In this document: positions 29,301 to 38,372 of the stretch, piece by piece
Position numbering within the stretch: the stretch's first letter is position 1
Layout of the letters: each line of letters opens with the position of its first letter
Source of the DNA: Candidatus Bathyarchaeia archaeon
GTDB taxonomy: Archaea > Thermoproteota > Bathyarchaeia > 40CM-2-53-6
DNA: 64,000 nt
Assembly: GCA_050013255.1 (NCBI GenBank)
Contig: JBEKFP010000001.1
Span: forward strand, 672,001 to 736,000
Direction: 5' to 3'
Notes under the pieces: model-generated
Databases searched by the model: none
Told to the model about the DNA's origin: nothing
The model's input: the letters and a program-made list of their open reading frames with translations, nothing else
Program-made: the position numbers and the translations under genes

Positions 29301-29752
29301 ATGACTTTAACAGCGGAAACCTGGAAAGCGTGTACAAGAAGCTGGGGTCGATGCTCGACAAGTTGACTCTGCAACTCAAGCTCGCCGAGTCAGTTAAGGC
29401 GGTGGCAGCGGGGGAGGTTGCGAAACGAGTTCTCTCAACACATTTCATGCGGGACTTGACCGGAAACCTGAAGGCTTTTGCCAGTCAGCGGTTCCGGTGC
29501 ACTAAATGTAATGCGAAGTATCGAAGGATACCGTTGAAGGGGGTCTGCCCCCGTTGCGGCGGCAAACTATCCCTGACTGTCTACAGGGGCAGCGTGGAAA
29601 AATACTTGACCGTAGCGCAGGATCTGGTCAAGCGATACAATCTAGGCAAATACCATGAACAACGCCTACTCCTCCTCCATGAGGAAATTAATTCACTCTT
29701 CAACGAACAGGAGGAAAAGAAGAAACAACCTACGCTCGCGCAGTTTGTGTGA
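26336..29752 (+). CDS. polC: DNA polymerase D large subunit DP2
   Basis: AGPIRSAGGT, FRLRYGR.RNTG, KRRDCDGDED, C-terminal Zn finger; no intein. Confidence 0.96.
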   Translation: MAATVLSEHDAYFQRLKEQLDRIYDLARQARAKGFDPSPEPESLLTHDVAERVEKAVGPVGVASRIRELSDVMQRELVALKIAEEIALGKYGGIEEGAAEQAVRTASAILDEGVTAAPIEGISSVRIRTNQDGSRYLAVYFAGPIRSAGGTDMALILVIADYVRHQLGLGKYKATELEAKRFVEELRIYEREVARFQFKVSDEELFNAIMRLPVEVNGVETDPVEVSAYRNVPRVDTNRVRGGALRVVHDGLIGRSHKVLKIVDSLGIEGWSWLREIKPPVAEAEEAREFMFMEDVLAGRPIFSFPQFTGGFRLRYGRARNTGLAAIGLHPSTMLVLGKFIAVGTQLRLEKPGKAGIAATVDSIEPPIVKLNDGSVVRLFDPKEAERLLNSISKILFLGDILVGFGEFLENNRPLLPSGFVEEWWRELVRLEAANYGGLEAFAKHVGVNGTELIDWVADSGGTFPTTEDALRIARHSKIPLHPRYTYFWENIAPQDFDQLRSRLMDKGQTEASPRRIVTRKEPLTKAILENLCIPHNVDGESIVIEAEAPILYECLGLSSPAKPLEGGDVFQKIAQASAIQVMRKAPVYVGARMGRPEKAKRREMRPLVHCLFPVGLAGGPRRSIVEAATEHSVISVEIAYRKCGGCGNITHLNFCERCGEKTAKVFVCPKCGAEGANKTCPNCRSISRAYTERSVPLRDLLNSAERKLSLTVIPEAVKGVRGLTNDAKAPEPLEKGLLRAKHDVSVFKDGTVRFDATNAPLTHFKPAEVGVEVEKLQALGYNVDMNGEPLKSAEQCCALKVHDIIVTEQCGDYFVRVAKFLDELLQTFYGLPPFYQARTRQDIVGQLVVGLSPHTSVGVIGRIIGFTRAAVCFAHPFWHATKRRDCDGDEDSVSLALDILLNFSRQYLPSRIGGIMDAPLLLSAAIKPSEIARQAFNLETVQRLPLKFFEETQIRTDPKALTGLIETVQKKLGSDAVLGSLGFTHDTHDFNSGNLESVYKKLGSMLDKLTLQLKLAESVKAVAAGEVAKRVLSTHFMRDLTGNLKAFASQRFRCTKCNAKYRRIPLKGVCPRCGGKLSLTVYRGSVEKYLTVAQDLVKRYNLGKYHEQRLLLLHEEINSLFNEQEEKKKQPTLAQFV

Positions 29753-29761
29753 GATGATAGC

Positions 29762-30034
29762 ATGCCAAAGGCCCCTGCGTTCCATCCCAAAGCCTACCTA
29801 ACATCAAAAAGGAACGTCAAGGCGGGATTACTTTCCCGTTCGAAAATCCTGGTCGTTCTTGAGAGGGAGCTGAAAAGCGCGAGTGCCATAGCGAAAGAAG
29901 CTTCCCTATCGTACGAATGCGTCACATACCATCTGAAGGCGTTGAAAAAAGAACGGTTAGTAGACAAGTTGACCAAGACGAAGCCATTCACCTGGGGGCT
30001 CACCCCATTTGGGCAACAGAAGCTGCCCACGTAA
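29762..30034 (+). CDS. small wHTH (ArsR-like) protein
   Basis: RSKIL..L...SASAIAKEASLSYECVTYHLKAL. Confidence 0.75.
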   Translation: MPKAPAFHPKAYLTSKRNVKAGLLSRSKILVVLERELKSASAIAKEASLSYECVTYHLKALKKERLVDKLTKTKPFTWGLTPFGQQKLPT

Positions 30035-30162
30035 CGCGACGCCTTAGAGGCTGCATGCATTCAGGGCGAAGGATGGCGAACCCGATGGCATTTCATGAAC
30101 ACACTAAATACGAGCCTACCCATACTTCCTCCATCTCAGAAAATTAATGCCGGCGAAACGTA

Positions 30163-30930
30163 ATGCAAACAGAAGTCAAGTACCATCAAAAACCAGAACT
30201 AAACAACCCCGTAATGATTTGCGGGCTTCCAGGGATCGGGTCAGTGGCTTGGCTTGCTGTCAGCCACCTCCAGAAGGAGTTGAAAGCAGAACTTTTCGCT
30301 GAGGTTTTTTCTCCCATGTTTTCGCCGAAGGTTTGGCTTACGGATGAGGGGGTAGTGCAACTGATGAAGGGGGAGTTTCATTTTTGGAAGAACAACGCTG
30401 GCGGAACCGACCTGTTGCTCTTCTCGGCAAATGAGCAGCCATATTCGCCTGAGGGACAGTATGAGCTGGCTGAGGTTGTTCTGGAAATGGGGGAGAAGTT
30501 TGGCGTGAGAAGGGTCATCACGATGGGGGGGATGGCTACGGAGAGGTTCACCGAACAACCGAAAGTGTATGTCGGCGGTACGGATGTTGAGCAGGTGAAG
30601 GAATTGGAGGGCTTTGGTGCCGTAAAGCTTGCAGGGGGCGCGATAACAGGAACAAACGGCCTAATTTTTGGGTTGGCAAAACCAAGAAAAATGCCTGCTA
30701 TCTGCCTTCTGGCCGAAACTCCCGGTTACCTAACCCTAGACGCAAACGCTGCAAAAGCAGCTTTGCAGCTCGCATCCAAGCTACTAAACATCCCGTTCGA
30801 CGTGGCAGCGTTGGAAAAGCAGGCCAAAGAGAACGTGGAAGCAGTGAAACGCGCGAAGGATCTATCCCGAGGAACCTTCCCACCCGAGGCTAAGAAGGGC
30901 GGCGAGAGAGAACTCTCGTACGTAAGCTAA
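30163..30930 (+). CDS. PAC2-family proteasome assembly chaperone
   Basis: GLPGIGSVA, VITMGG, GTNGLI, CLLAETPG. Confidence 0.88.
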   Translation: MQTEVKYHQKPELNNPVMICGLPGIGSVAWLAVSHLQKELKAELFAEVFSPMFSPKVWLTDEGVVQLMKGEFHFWKNNAGGTDLLLFSANEQPYSPEGQYELAEVVLEMGEKFGVRRVITMGGMATERFTEQPKVYVGGTDVEQVKELEGFGAVKLAGGAITGTNGLIFGLAKPRKMPAICLLAETPGYLTLDANAAKAALQLASKLLNIPFDVAALEKQAKENVEAVKRAKDLSRGTFPPEAKKGGERELSYVS

Positions 30931-30947
30931 CTCGCCCAGTGTTCGCG

Positions 30948-31109
30948 ATGAAGGTCATGTGCAACCAATGCGGAAAGGTGCTAGATCTTATGGGGGCGAC
31001 ATCCTTCGCATTGGAAGAATCCGGACAACTGAAAACATACCATTTCTGCACAGATGGCCACATGATGGAATTTGCCCGAAAGAAAGGGTTTCCATTAGGC
31101 AAGGATTAA
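30948..31109 (+). CDS. unannotated 53-aa TRASH-like metal-binding protein
   Basis: MKVMCNQCGK...YHFCTDGH...; fills the gap between PAC2 and ArsR genes. Confidence 0.65.
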   Translation: MKVMCNQCGKVLDLMGATSFALEESGQLKTYHFCTDGHMMEFARKKGFPLGKD

Positions 31110-31156
31110 CTGCCCGCGCAACCCCATACTGGCTGCCGTAAGGGCAGGATTATTGG

Positions 31157-31453
31157 ATGTCAGCCTCCGAAGATTTGAAGTCAGCCTCCACAACTTTCGC
31201 TGCGTTAGGTAACGTTGTGCGGCTTCGCATTCTACTGATGCTGATGGATAGCAAGAAACCCTTGCACATTACTGCTGTCGCGAGCAACCTGAAAATGGAT
31301 TACGGCGGGATTTACAGACACGTCGAAGTTCTAACGGAGGCAGGTCTCATACAGGTCTATGAGGTGGGTAGGTCGAGGGTTCTCTCACCTCTCAACGTGG
31401 ATCTTCTGCGCGACCTCGTTTCGAAAGCGAAAAGCTTCAGCAAAAAGCGATGA
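31157..31453 (+). CDS. ArsR-family wHTH regulator
   Basis: FAALGNVVRLRIL...IYRHVEVLTEAGLI. Confidence 0.8.
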   Translation: MSASEDLKSASTTFAALGNVVRLRILLMLMDSKKPLHITAVASNLKMDYGGIYRHVEVLTEAGLIQVYEVGRSRVLSPLNVDLLRDLVSKAKSFSKKR

Positions 31454-31495
31454 TCTAAGCCTATAATTGACATGACTTTATGATTATTTAGTGAA

Positions 31496-31533
31496 ATTGT
31501 CATAATGTAAGGGTATTGTTATAATGTAAGGGT
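31496..31533. repeat. tandem 19-bp direct repeat
   Basis: ATTGTCATAATGTAAGGGT then ATTGTTATAATGTAAGGGT. Confidence 0.8.
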
Positions 31534-31550
31534 TAAGTAGTTGTGACTTA

Positions 31551-32261
31551 TTGTGCGCACAATTTGTGGTTTCGTTGGCCGACGGACTGTTTGCCAGGCG
31601 AAGCGTGGCGTTAACTGGTGCGGCCGTTTTTGGGAGCTTGGCGGCTCTAACAACAATTGTGCTTCCCGCCAACATTCAGCCCGCATTCCCATTATTGAGC
31701 TTCCTACGTTTTGATCCGGCTGAATTGTTCGATGTCCTAGCCTTCCTAATCTTCGGGCCTATACCCGCGCTGATAACCGCCACCGTTCACTGGGCAATCC
31801 TTGCAGAAACTGGAACTAATGGTATCTTGGGCCCGACGGGGAAGTTCGCCGCAGTCTTGTCGACGCTGTTAGGGCTATGGTTAGGAAGCATGGCATATCG
31901 GCGCATAGCACAAAAAAGCACTCGCACTTCTCTGGCTCTAGGCACGATGCTGGGTTTCGCAGCTTTAGCTCGTGTCGGGTTGATGCTTGTCGTGAACTAT
32001 TTCATTTTCACGTACATTGGGCCAGTTATTTTTGGAATCAATTACCTCGGCTTCAGCCAAAAATCGCTAGCCGCGGTGGGAATGCAGTTCGCGAACTCTT
32101 CGCAGGTGCTTTGGGCGATGCTCCTCTTCACGAGCATCTTCAACGGCTTGCACGCCGCCTTCTCCGTGGTAATCCCATGCTTGATTTTCACGCCCTTGAG
32201 TTTGAAGGTTCCTGAAATCGCCTCAGGCCATCCTTGGATTAGCAAGTTCACATCCCACTAG
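31551..32261 (+). CDS. ECF-transporter S-component-like membrane protein
   Basis: AVFGSLA, FP..SFLRFDPAE...FGP, FN..H; true start probably 31566 or 31575. Confidence 0.75.
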   Translation: MCAQFVVSLADGLFARRSVALTGAAVFGSLAALTTIVLPANIQPAFPLLSFLRFDPAELFDVLAFLIFGPIPALITATVHWAILAETGTNGILGPTGKFAAVLSTLLGLWLGSMAYRRIAQKSTRTSLALGTMLGFAALARVGLMLVVNYFIFTYIGPVIFGINYLGFSQKSLAAVGMQFANSSQVLWAMLLFTSIFNGLHAAFSVVIPCLIFTPLSLKVPEIASGHPWISKFTSH

Positions 32262-32297
32262 CGAAACGTTCCCCACTGAAACTGCACGGTCCTTTCC

Positions 32298-33224
32298 TTG
32301 ATCGTTGCCTTAGCAGGAGGAGTTGGAGCAGCAAGATTCCTCGAAGGCCTAATTCGAGTAATTCCCCAGAAAGAAATCACGATCATAGGAAACGTCGGCG
32401 ATGACATCAACGTCTACGGCCTCCACGTCTCCCCAGACTTGGACATAGTCACTTACACACTCGCCGGCCTTTTCGACAAGAGAAAAGGCTGGGGCTTTCG
32501 AGGCGACACATTTCATTGTCAAGCGTTGCTTCGAAAGTACGGTTTCGAAACCTGGTTCAACCTGGGCGACCGCGACCTAGCAACCCACATCTATCGTACG
32601 GAAGAACTTCACCGAGGCAGGCGGCTGTCGGAGGTTACTGCAGACCTAGTTTCGCGTTTGGGGCTTCGAGTGAAGCTGCTTCCTGCAAGCGACGATCTGC
32701 TCCAAACATACGTACTTTCTGGAGGTCGACAAATGCACTTCCAAGAATATATGGTAAGACGAAAGACGAAGCCAAAGGTTCAAGGAGTAGTTTTTCGCGG
32801 CACTGAATCCGCCAAGCCAGCAAAACATGTTGTCGAATCGATTGCGAGAGCAAGGGGCATCATTGTCTGCCCAAGCAACCCGATTGTTAGCATCGGCGCA
32901 ATCCTCGCCGTTCGTGGCATCAAGTCCGCGCTCAGGAAAACTACGGGGAAGGTTGTTGGAATCAGCCCAATCATTGGCGGTAAGACAGTGAAAGGGCCAG
33001 CTGACAAATTGATGAAGGCAGTGGGGATCGAGGCGAGTGCACTTGGAGTAGCCGAATGTTACAACGGTTTCTTGGACACGCTCATAATCGACCGCCTCGA
33101 CAGGGAACTTGCACCAGACATCAAAGCCACCGGAGTTAAACCGATTGTAACGAACACGCTCATGAAAACAATGGCTGACAAAGTTCGTTTGGCGAAAGTT
33201 GCAATAAGTGAATTCAGTCGTTGA
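32298..33224 (+). CDS. cofD: 2-phospho-L-lactate transferase
   Basis: LAGGVGAARFL, VSPDLD, WFNLGDRDLATH, PSNPIVSI, KGPADK. Confidence 0.95.
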   Translation: MIVALAGGVGAARFLEGLIRVIPQKEITIIGNVGDDINVYGLHVSPDLDIVTYTLAGLFDKRKGWGFRGDTFHCQALLRKYGFETWFNLGDRDLATHIYRTEELHRGRRLSEVTADLVSRLGLRVKLLPASDDLLQTYVLSGGRQMHFQEYMVRRKTKPKVQGVVFRGTESAKPAKHVVESIARARGIIVCPSNPIVSIGAILAVRGIKSALRKTTGKVVGISPIIGGKTVKGPADKLMKAVGIEASALGVAECYNGFLDTLIIDRLDRELAPDIKATGVKPIVTNTLMKTMADKVRLAKVAISEFSR

Positions 33225-33886
33225 AAACTCGTTCACGTCAAGTGGGGCGTGTAGATGCTATAGTCCCCTTGAACGTTCTCAGAAAATCGAAAGCACGACT
33301 TTCACCCATCCTTAGGCCGGCTGAGAGAGAGCAATTAAGTGTTGCAATGTTGAAAGACGTTCTCTCCGCCTTGCGGATGGCGAAGCGGATTCATTCGGTA
33401 ACAGTTGTTAGCGCCGATAAGGGCGTGCGTAGAATCTGCAAGCGTCTCGGGGCTAGTTTTCTCTGGGAGGGGAGAAGGCGTGGCCTCAACAGGGGGGTCA
33501 AGTTAGCTGTTAGACATGCTCAGCGGAGAGGTGCTTCCTCCGTCCTTGTGATTCATTCGGATCTCCCGCTTCTCAAACCACTGGAAATTGACACGTTCCT
33601 CAAGCGGTCCGAGGGATGTTCAGTGGCGCTTACACCATCCAAAGACCGTGATGGAACTAACGCCCTGCTCATGAGTCCCCCACAGGTGATCCGCCCAGTC
33701 TTTGGCAAAGACAGCTTCCGCAAACACCTGTCGCTGGCCAGGAGGAGAAAAGCCCGCAGCAGAGTGTTGCTGTTCAATGGCATTGGTTTCGACGTTGACA
33801 CGCCAAGGGATCTCATTGAGTTGATGCGGCGGCCGTTGCGGAATGAAACCGGCCGAGTCCTACGAATGTTTCGAAAACCGACTTAG
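33221..33886 (+). CDS. cofC: 2-phospho-L-lactate/PEP guanylyltransferase
   Basis: KARLSP, SDLPLL, DGTNAL, FG.DSF..H, DVDTP.DL. Confidence 0.92.
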   Translation: MKTRSRQVGRVDAIVPLNVLRKSKARLSPILRPAEREQLSVAMLKDVLSALRMAKRIHSVTVVSADKGVRRICKRLGASFLWEGRRRGLNRGVKLAVRHAQRRGASSVLVIHSDLPLLKPLEIDTFLKRSEGCSVALTPSKDRDGTNALLMSPPQVIRPVFGKDSFRKHLSLARRRKARSRVLLFNGIGFDVDTPRDLIELMRRPLRNETGRVLRMFRKPT

Positions 33887-33948
33887 CGGTGCACCGAAAG
33901 ATACTCAGGGCAAAACAATTTAGAGGCAAGCGGGTGAGTTTGGGTGGG

Positions 33949-35311
33949 GTGTTTGAATTAGCATCGCCTAGGGAAAGCCACGATAAAGTGCTCCAGCTTC
34001 TGGAGCAGCATACTAAGTGGTTTTCAGAATCAATTCCGCTGATTGCATCGGAGAACGTTCCCAGCCCCGCGGTTCGCGAAGCTATAGTTTCAGACTTCGG
34101 GAATCGCTACGCGGAATAGGCTTAAGCCGATCAGGCTTAGGCCTCCGTAGGGATGGGTTGGGGAACGCGTATACGCGGGCTGCGTATACATAGACCAAGT
34201 TGAGAGGCTCTGCATAGACCTAGCAAAGGACCTATTCCGGGCCGAATTCGCGGACGTTAGGCCAGTCTCTGGGGTTTGCGCAAACCTCGTGGTTTACACC
34301 ACTTTCACAAACCCCGGCGACCGCATGCTCGCTTTAGCTATACCAAACGGCGGCCACATCTCGAGTGGGCGCAAAGATTTCTCGGGAACTGCAGGCTCGG
34401 TCCACGGCTTGGAAGTAGAATACTTTCCCTTCGACCGTCATGAAATGAACATCGACGTCGACAAGGCGAAGCAGAAAATCGAGAAGATGGTCAAGGAGGA
34501 GAATAAGCCGCCCAAACTTGGGATGTTTGGTGCAAGCCTCTTCCTCTTCCCCCAACCCCTGAAGGAGCTAGCTGAGTCATTACATAATGTTGGTGCGACC
34601 GTCGCCTACGACGCGGCACATGTTGCGGGGCTCATTGCGGGAGGAATCTTCCAAGACCCACTGAGGGAAGGTGCCGACGTAGTATGCCTGAGCACCCACA
34701 AAACGCTCTTCGGCCCGCAGGGAGGGGCGGTACTCTCCTTCGAGAAATACGCGGAGCAAATCAAGAAGGCAACGTTTCCGTCAAACACGAGCAACCACCA
34801 CCTGCATCACCTAGCTGGGAAAGCGGTTGCTTTCGCGGAAATGTTAGAGTTCGGAAAACAGTACGCTAAGCAAGTTGTGGCTAATGCCAAAGCCCTGGGT
34901 CAAGCGTTGCATGAACGAGGCCTTAACCTTCTGGGCGAGCACAAGGGTTTCACTGAGTCGCATCAAATCGCAGTCGACGTATCCAAGTATGGCTTGGGGG
35001 GAGACATGGAGAGAGCACTTGAAAGCGCCAACATAATCGTCAACCGCCAACTATTACCCGGGGACATTCAAGCGGGAAGGCACTACCAAAACCCAGGCGG
35101 CATCCGCATCGGCACCTCGGAAATCACCAGGATCGGGATGAAGGAGAACCAAATGGTCGAAGTGGCTGAGCTAATCAAGAGAATCGTCATCGACAAGCAG
35201 GACCCTAAGAAAGTGAAGGCCGATGTGCTAGAGTTTAGGAAAGATTTCCAGAAGGTTCACTACTGCTTCGAGAGCGCAAAGAAAGCCTACGAATACATCA
35301 AAGTACGGTAA
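33949..35311 (+). CDS. glyA: serine hydroxymethyltransferase, intron-interrupted: join(33949..34116,34151..35311)
   Basis: LIASEN, NRYAE|GWVGERVYAGC, GGHIS, DAAHV, STHKTLFGPQGG; start approximate. Confidence 0.93.
34117..34150 (+). other. 34-nt bulge-helix-bulge intron in glyA
   Basis: 11-bp stem with GATCA loop, bulge AAT, 4-bp helix GCGG/CCGT, bulge AGG; removal restores the frame. Confidence 0.85.
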
Positions 35312-35325
35312 TTGGTGGTTCGAGG

Positions 35326-36108
35326 ATAATTACGAATCCTAAGGTCACCGTCATAACTGGAGCGAGTAGCGGCATAGGTGCCGCACTAGCGAAAGAGCTG
35401 GGGGCCGGGGGCCACCGGCTAGTTCTCGGAGCCCGCCGAGAAAAGGAACTGAAAAATGTCGCAGCACATGCTGGAACTGAAGCAATCCCAGTCGTCACGG
35501 ATGTTACTCGCCGGCGGGACGTCGAACATTTACGCGATGTTGCAATTGAGAAATTCGGTCACGTTGATGTTTGGGTGAACAATGCGGGCCGCGGCTCTGG
35601 GAAGATTGTGATGGAGTTGACGGAGGCGGAATTGGATGAGATGATTGCTGTTAACCTGAAATCCGTTTACTATGGGATGCAGGCCATCGTTCCGCATTTT
35701 CAGCAGAGGGGCGAGGGACACCTCATCAACGTATCCTCCTTCCTGGGAAGGGTTCCTTTGGCAACCTACCGGTCCGCCTACAATGCGGCTAAGGCGGGGG
35801 CGAATATGCTAACCGCAAATCTGCGCATGGACCTGAGGACGAAATATCCACGGATACATGTTTCATTAGTTTTGGCGGGGTTCGTTGATACCGATTTTCA
35901 CAAAGTCGCAGCCACCCCTTTCCCCGTAAAGGCGGGAACCCGCGTCGGCGAAGCGGTGGTTCAATCCGCTGAAGAGGTCGCCGAGCAGATCGCATCCCTC
36001 ATAGAGCATCCAGTCGCGGAACTCTACACCAACCCAGGCCTCAGAGATCTTACGGTGCGATACTATCAAGACGTAGGCGCATTCGAAGAACGAATGGGCC
36101 AAAGATAG
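35326..36108 (+). CDS. short-chain dehydrogenase/reductase
   Basis: frame extends upstream of the called ORF to VITGASSGIG; NNAG, YNAAK; no ATG/GTG/TTG before the Rossmann motif. Confidence 0.85.
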   Translation: MITNPKVTVITGASSGIGAALAKELGAGGHRLVLGARREKELKNVAAHAGTEAIPVVTDVTRRRDVEHLRDVAIEKFGHVDVWVNNAGRGSGKIVMELTEAELDEMIAVNLKSVYYGMQAIVPHFQQRGEGHLINVSSFLGRVPLATYRSAYNAAKAGANMLTANLRMDLRTKYPRIHVSLVLAGFVDTDFHKVAATPFPVKAGTRVGEAVVQSAEEVAEQIASLIEHPVAELYTNPGLRDLTVRYYQDVGAFEERMGQR

Positions 36109-36139
36109 TCTATCAACTTAGACGGCTCTAGATTGTTGT

Positions 36140-36712
36140 GTGGTTTCGATGCCGGTTCTACGCCCAGGGGAAGTGTACAAGGAGGTTGTTTTGAGGGATG
36201 GTAGGAAGGCGGTTCTTAGGGTTCCTGAGTGGGGTGACCTGGACGACTTCCTAGGTTTGATAAACGGGTTAGTTGACGAACACGCCGACATTCTAAGAAG
36301 CACACACTCTACGCGGGGTGAGGAGGTTGAATGGTTAGCGGACCGGTTGACCGCGATAGAGAAGGGCAGCCTCATCGCGTTAGTTGCGGAAGTGAACGGG
36401 AGGGTTGTTGCAAGCTCGGACGTCGCCCAGAGGACTCCGGAAAACCCGCAACACAATCATGTTGGAGTCCTTGGCATCGCCATCCTCAAGACCGCCAGGG
36501 GGCTTGGGCTCGGAAAAGTGTTAATGGATTCACTCCTTAAACTCAGCAAAAAAGCAGGTTTGAAAATAATAATCCTGGACATGTTCGCCACTAACAAGGT
36601 GGCAAGGCGCCTATACGAAAAGGCCGGATTCGTAGAGGTCGGGAAGATACCTAAAGCCATCAACCAACACGGAAAATACATTGACCTGATCCGGTTCGCC
36701 ATCGAAACCTGA
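36140..36712 (+). CDS. GNAT N-acetyltransferase
   Basis: ARGLGLGK, N..ARRLYEKAGF. Confidence 0.85.
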   Translation: MVSMPVLRPGEVYKEVVLRDGRKAVLRVPEWGDLDDFLGLINGLVDEHADILRSTHSTRGEEVEWLADRLTAIEKGSLIALVAEVNGRVVASSDVAQRTPENPQHNHVGVLGIAILKTARGLGLGKVLMDSLLKLSKKAGLKIIILDMFATNKVARRLYEKAGFVEVGKIPKAINQHGKYIDLIRFAIET

Positions 36713-36738
36713 AAGCAGATTTGACTATTAATTTACGT

Positions 36739-38310
36739 CTAGAACAGTTTGTCTTTGTCCATGAGCACTTCGCCGTCTGAGTATCTCTGGCCGTACATTT
36801 TCCTGATGATGAGAAAACGCCTGGTCCTCTCCGCTAGTGGTTTTTCGAATATTTCAATTACTCCGTCGAAGAAGTCGATGATACTTTGCGTTTCCTCCTT
36901 TGTTGTGGTCAAGGGGTTGAGGGTCGCTATGATCGTGAAACCCTCAGCCTTGCGTTTTCCGACAAAATCCGTTAACCACCTCCGGGTTAGGACGGACTTA
37001 TGGCGAAGCAACAAATCAGATAAAATATCTATGATCATAATCCGCTTGGTGGCCTTTTCCTTTGCGATAACATCCTTGAGGGCTAGAGCCAATGATATGT
37101 TGGCGTCGTTAAAGTTCTCAAAGCTCGGTATCTTCAACAGGTTCGGGCCATGGATGATTCTGTCCGCCTGCGGGGATAAGGCGTAGAACCCGTTCGGGTA
37201 CCTAGACGTCAGGTCCTCGGTCCTGCCGATATCATTCGAGAGAAAAATCGCTAACTTTCCAGATGATAAGGCTGAGTTAACGACTCTCCTCAGGAGCAGG
37301 TCCCTCTCATCATAAGATGGAGAGACGATGACGACACCGAATTTTTCAGGGATGCCCCCACCCAACGCCTTGTCCAAGTCCGCGTAACCCGTCGAGACGA
37401 TTGTTGGTGCTTGAACGACCTTTGGCGGGACGATGGTCTTTGCGGGAACGATGGGTTGCGGTGAAACGGTGTCTTTCCTAGGTACTTGAATCACTGCTGG
37501 GCGTGGTGGATGCTCCTCTATCCTCCTTTCCTCTTTCAAGGTGGCTCGTGGGTGTTCCTCTTTCAATTTGGCGGCAAGAGATGGCTTTCTTCTTCTCGCG
37601 ACAACCAAGACACCGGCGACTATCGCGACCGCAGCAGCTACGAGCAAACCTAAGCTCCCAAACGGAAGACCGACCTGGCCAACTTGGGGAATCGTTGATG
37701 TCAAAATCAATAACTTGGTCGTGGATTCAGTAGCATTACCGTATGACGCAACCAACGTTGTGACGGCTGTCCGTATTGACCAGGCGCCCGCAACGAATCC
37801 AGGACTAAAATTGAACATCCATGCAATGAATTGTCCGGCCTCAGGGGCAACCCAGTCTCCCTGACCGGCGACACCTTTTTGGTGGTACAGCGCTTGGAAT
37901 TGGAAGGTGGGCGCTGTGCCTTCACTGTTACAGCCGGCATTATCGGCCTTAGCAAAAGCGGTTGTGATGTAGAAATCAGACGGAAGAGTGCCAAAATTAG
38001 TCCAATTTACATGAAAACTCTGCGCCGCGATTGCATTAAACTCGATTTTTTGATAGGGTTTTGATAGGGCTCCAGATCCGCAGGTACTGAGGTCGAACTC
38101 AATCGGTCTGGAACCTTGACTACCGAGATAGCCAGACGTGGTCTCTGTAACGTAACTGGTTGTAGCAGCGTAGGTGTACAGTACCGTGGTCGTGGCTTGG
38201 GTTGTAGAGGTTACGTAACCCTGGCCCGACACCTTTGGCGGCATAGCACTGAGTGCTGGAAGCAGAGCTAGAATCAGCAGAAGAGCGAAAGCGATGCGGC
38301 ACCAGTGCAT
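36739..38310 (-). CDS. single-pass membrane protein with cytoplasmic degenerate KaiC-like domain
   Basis: signal peptide, extracellular beta domain, TM, STGYADLDKALGGG, P-loop replaced by SPSYDERD. Confidence 0.75.
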   Translation of the reverse strand: MHWCRIAFALLLILALLPALSAMPPKVSGQGYVTSTTQATTTVLYTYAATTSYVTETTSGYLGSQGSRPIEFDLSTCGSGALSKPYQKIEFNAIAAQSFHVNWTNFGTLPSDFYITTAFAKADNAGCNSEGTAPTFQFQALYHQKGVAGQGDWVAPEAGQFIAWMFNFSPGFVAGAWSIRTAVTTLVASYGNATESTTKLLILTSTIPQVGQVGLPFGSLGLLVAAAVAIVAGVLVVARRRKPSLAAKLKEEHPRATLKEERRIEEHPPRPAVIQVPRKDTVSPQPIVPAKTIVPPKVVQAPTIVSTGYADLDKALGGGIPEKFGVVIVSPSYDERDLLLRRVVNSALSSGKLAIFLSNDIGRTEDLTSRYPNGFYALSPQADRIIHGPNLLKIPSFENFNDANISLALALKDVIAKEKATKRIMIIDILSDLLLRHKSVLTRRWLTDFVGKRKAEGFTIIATLNPLTTTKEETQSIIDFFDGVIEIFEKPLAERTRRFLIIRKMYGQRYSDGEVLMDKDKLF

Positions 38311-38372
38311 GAAGACGCCTTGCTATCGATTCGCATTTAATTCTTGGGACAGACGAGACGTCAGGCTATAAC

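Noticed and set aside
26336-29752. Intein in DP2, and the antisense ORFs here and elsewhere
   Set aside because: DP2 length and motifs are contiguous; antisense ORFs shadow well-supported genes
31551-31562. TTGTGCGCACAA (also at 63987-63998) as repeat copies
   Set aside because: Only the palindromic arm matches; the second is in coding sequence at the window edge
34117-34119. Pyrrolysine or stop readthrough at the glyA TAG
   Set aside because: The downstream half is in another frame, so readthrough cannot restore it; removing 34 nt does
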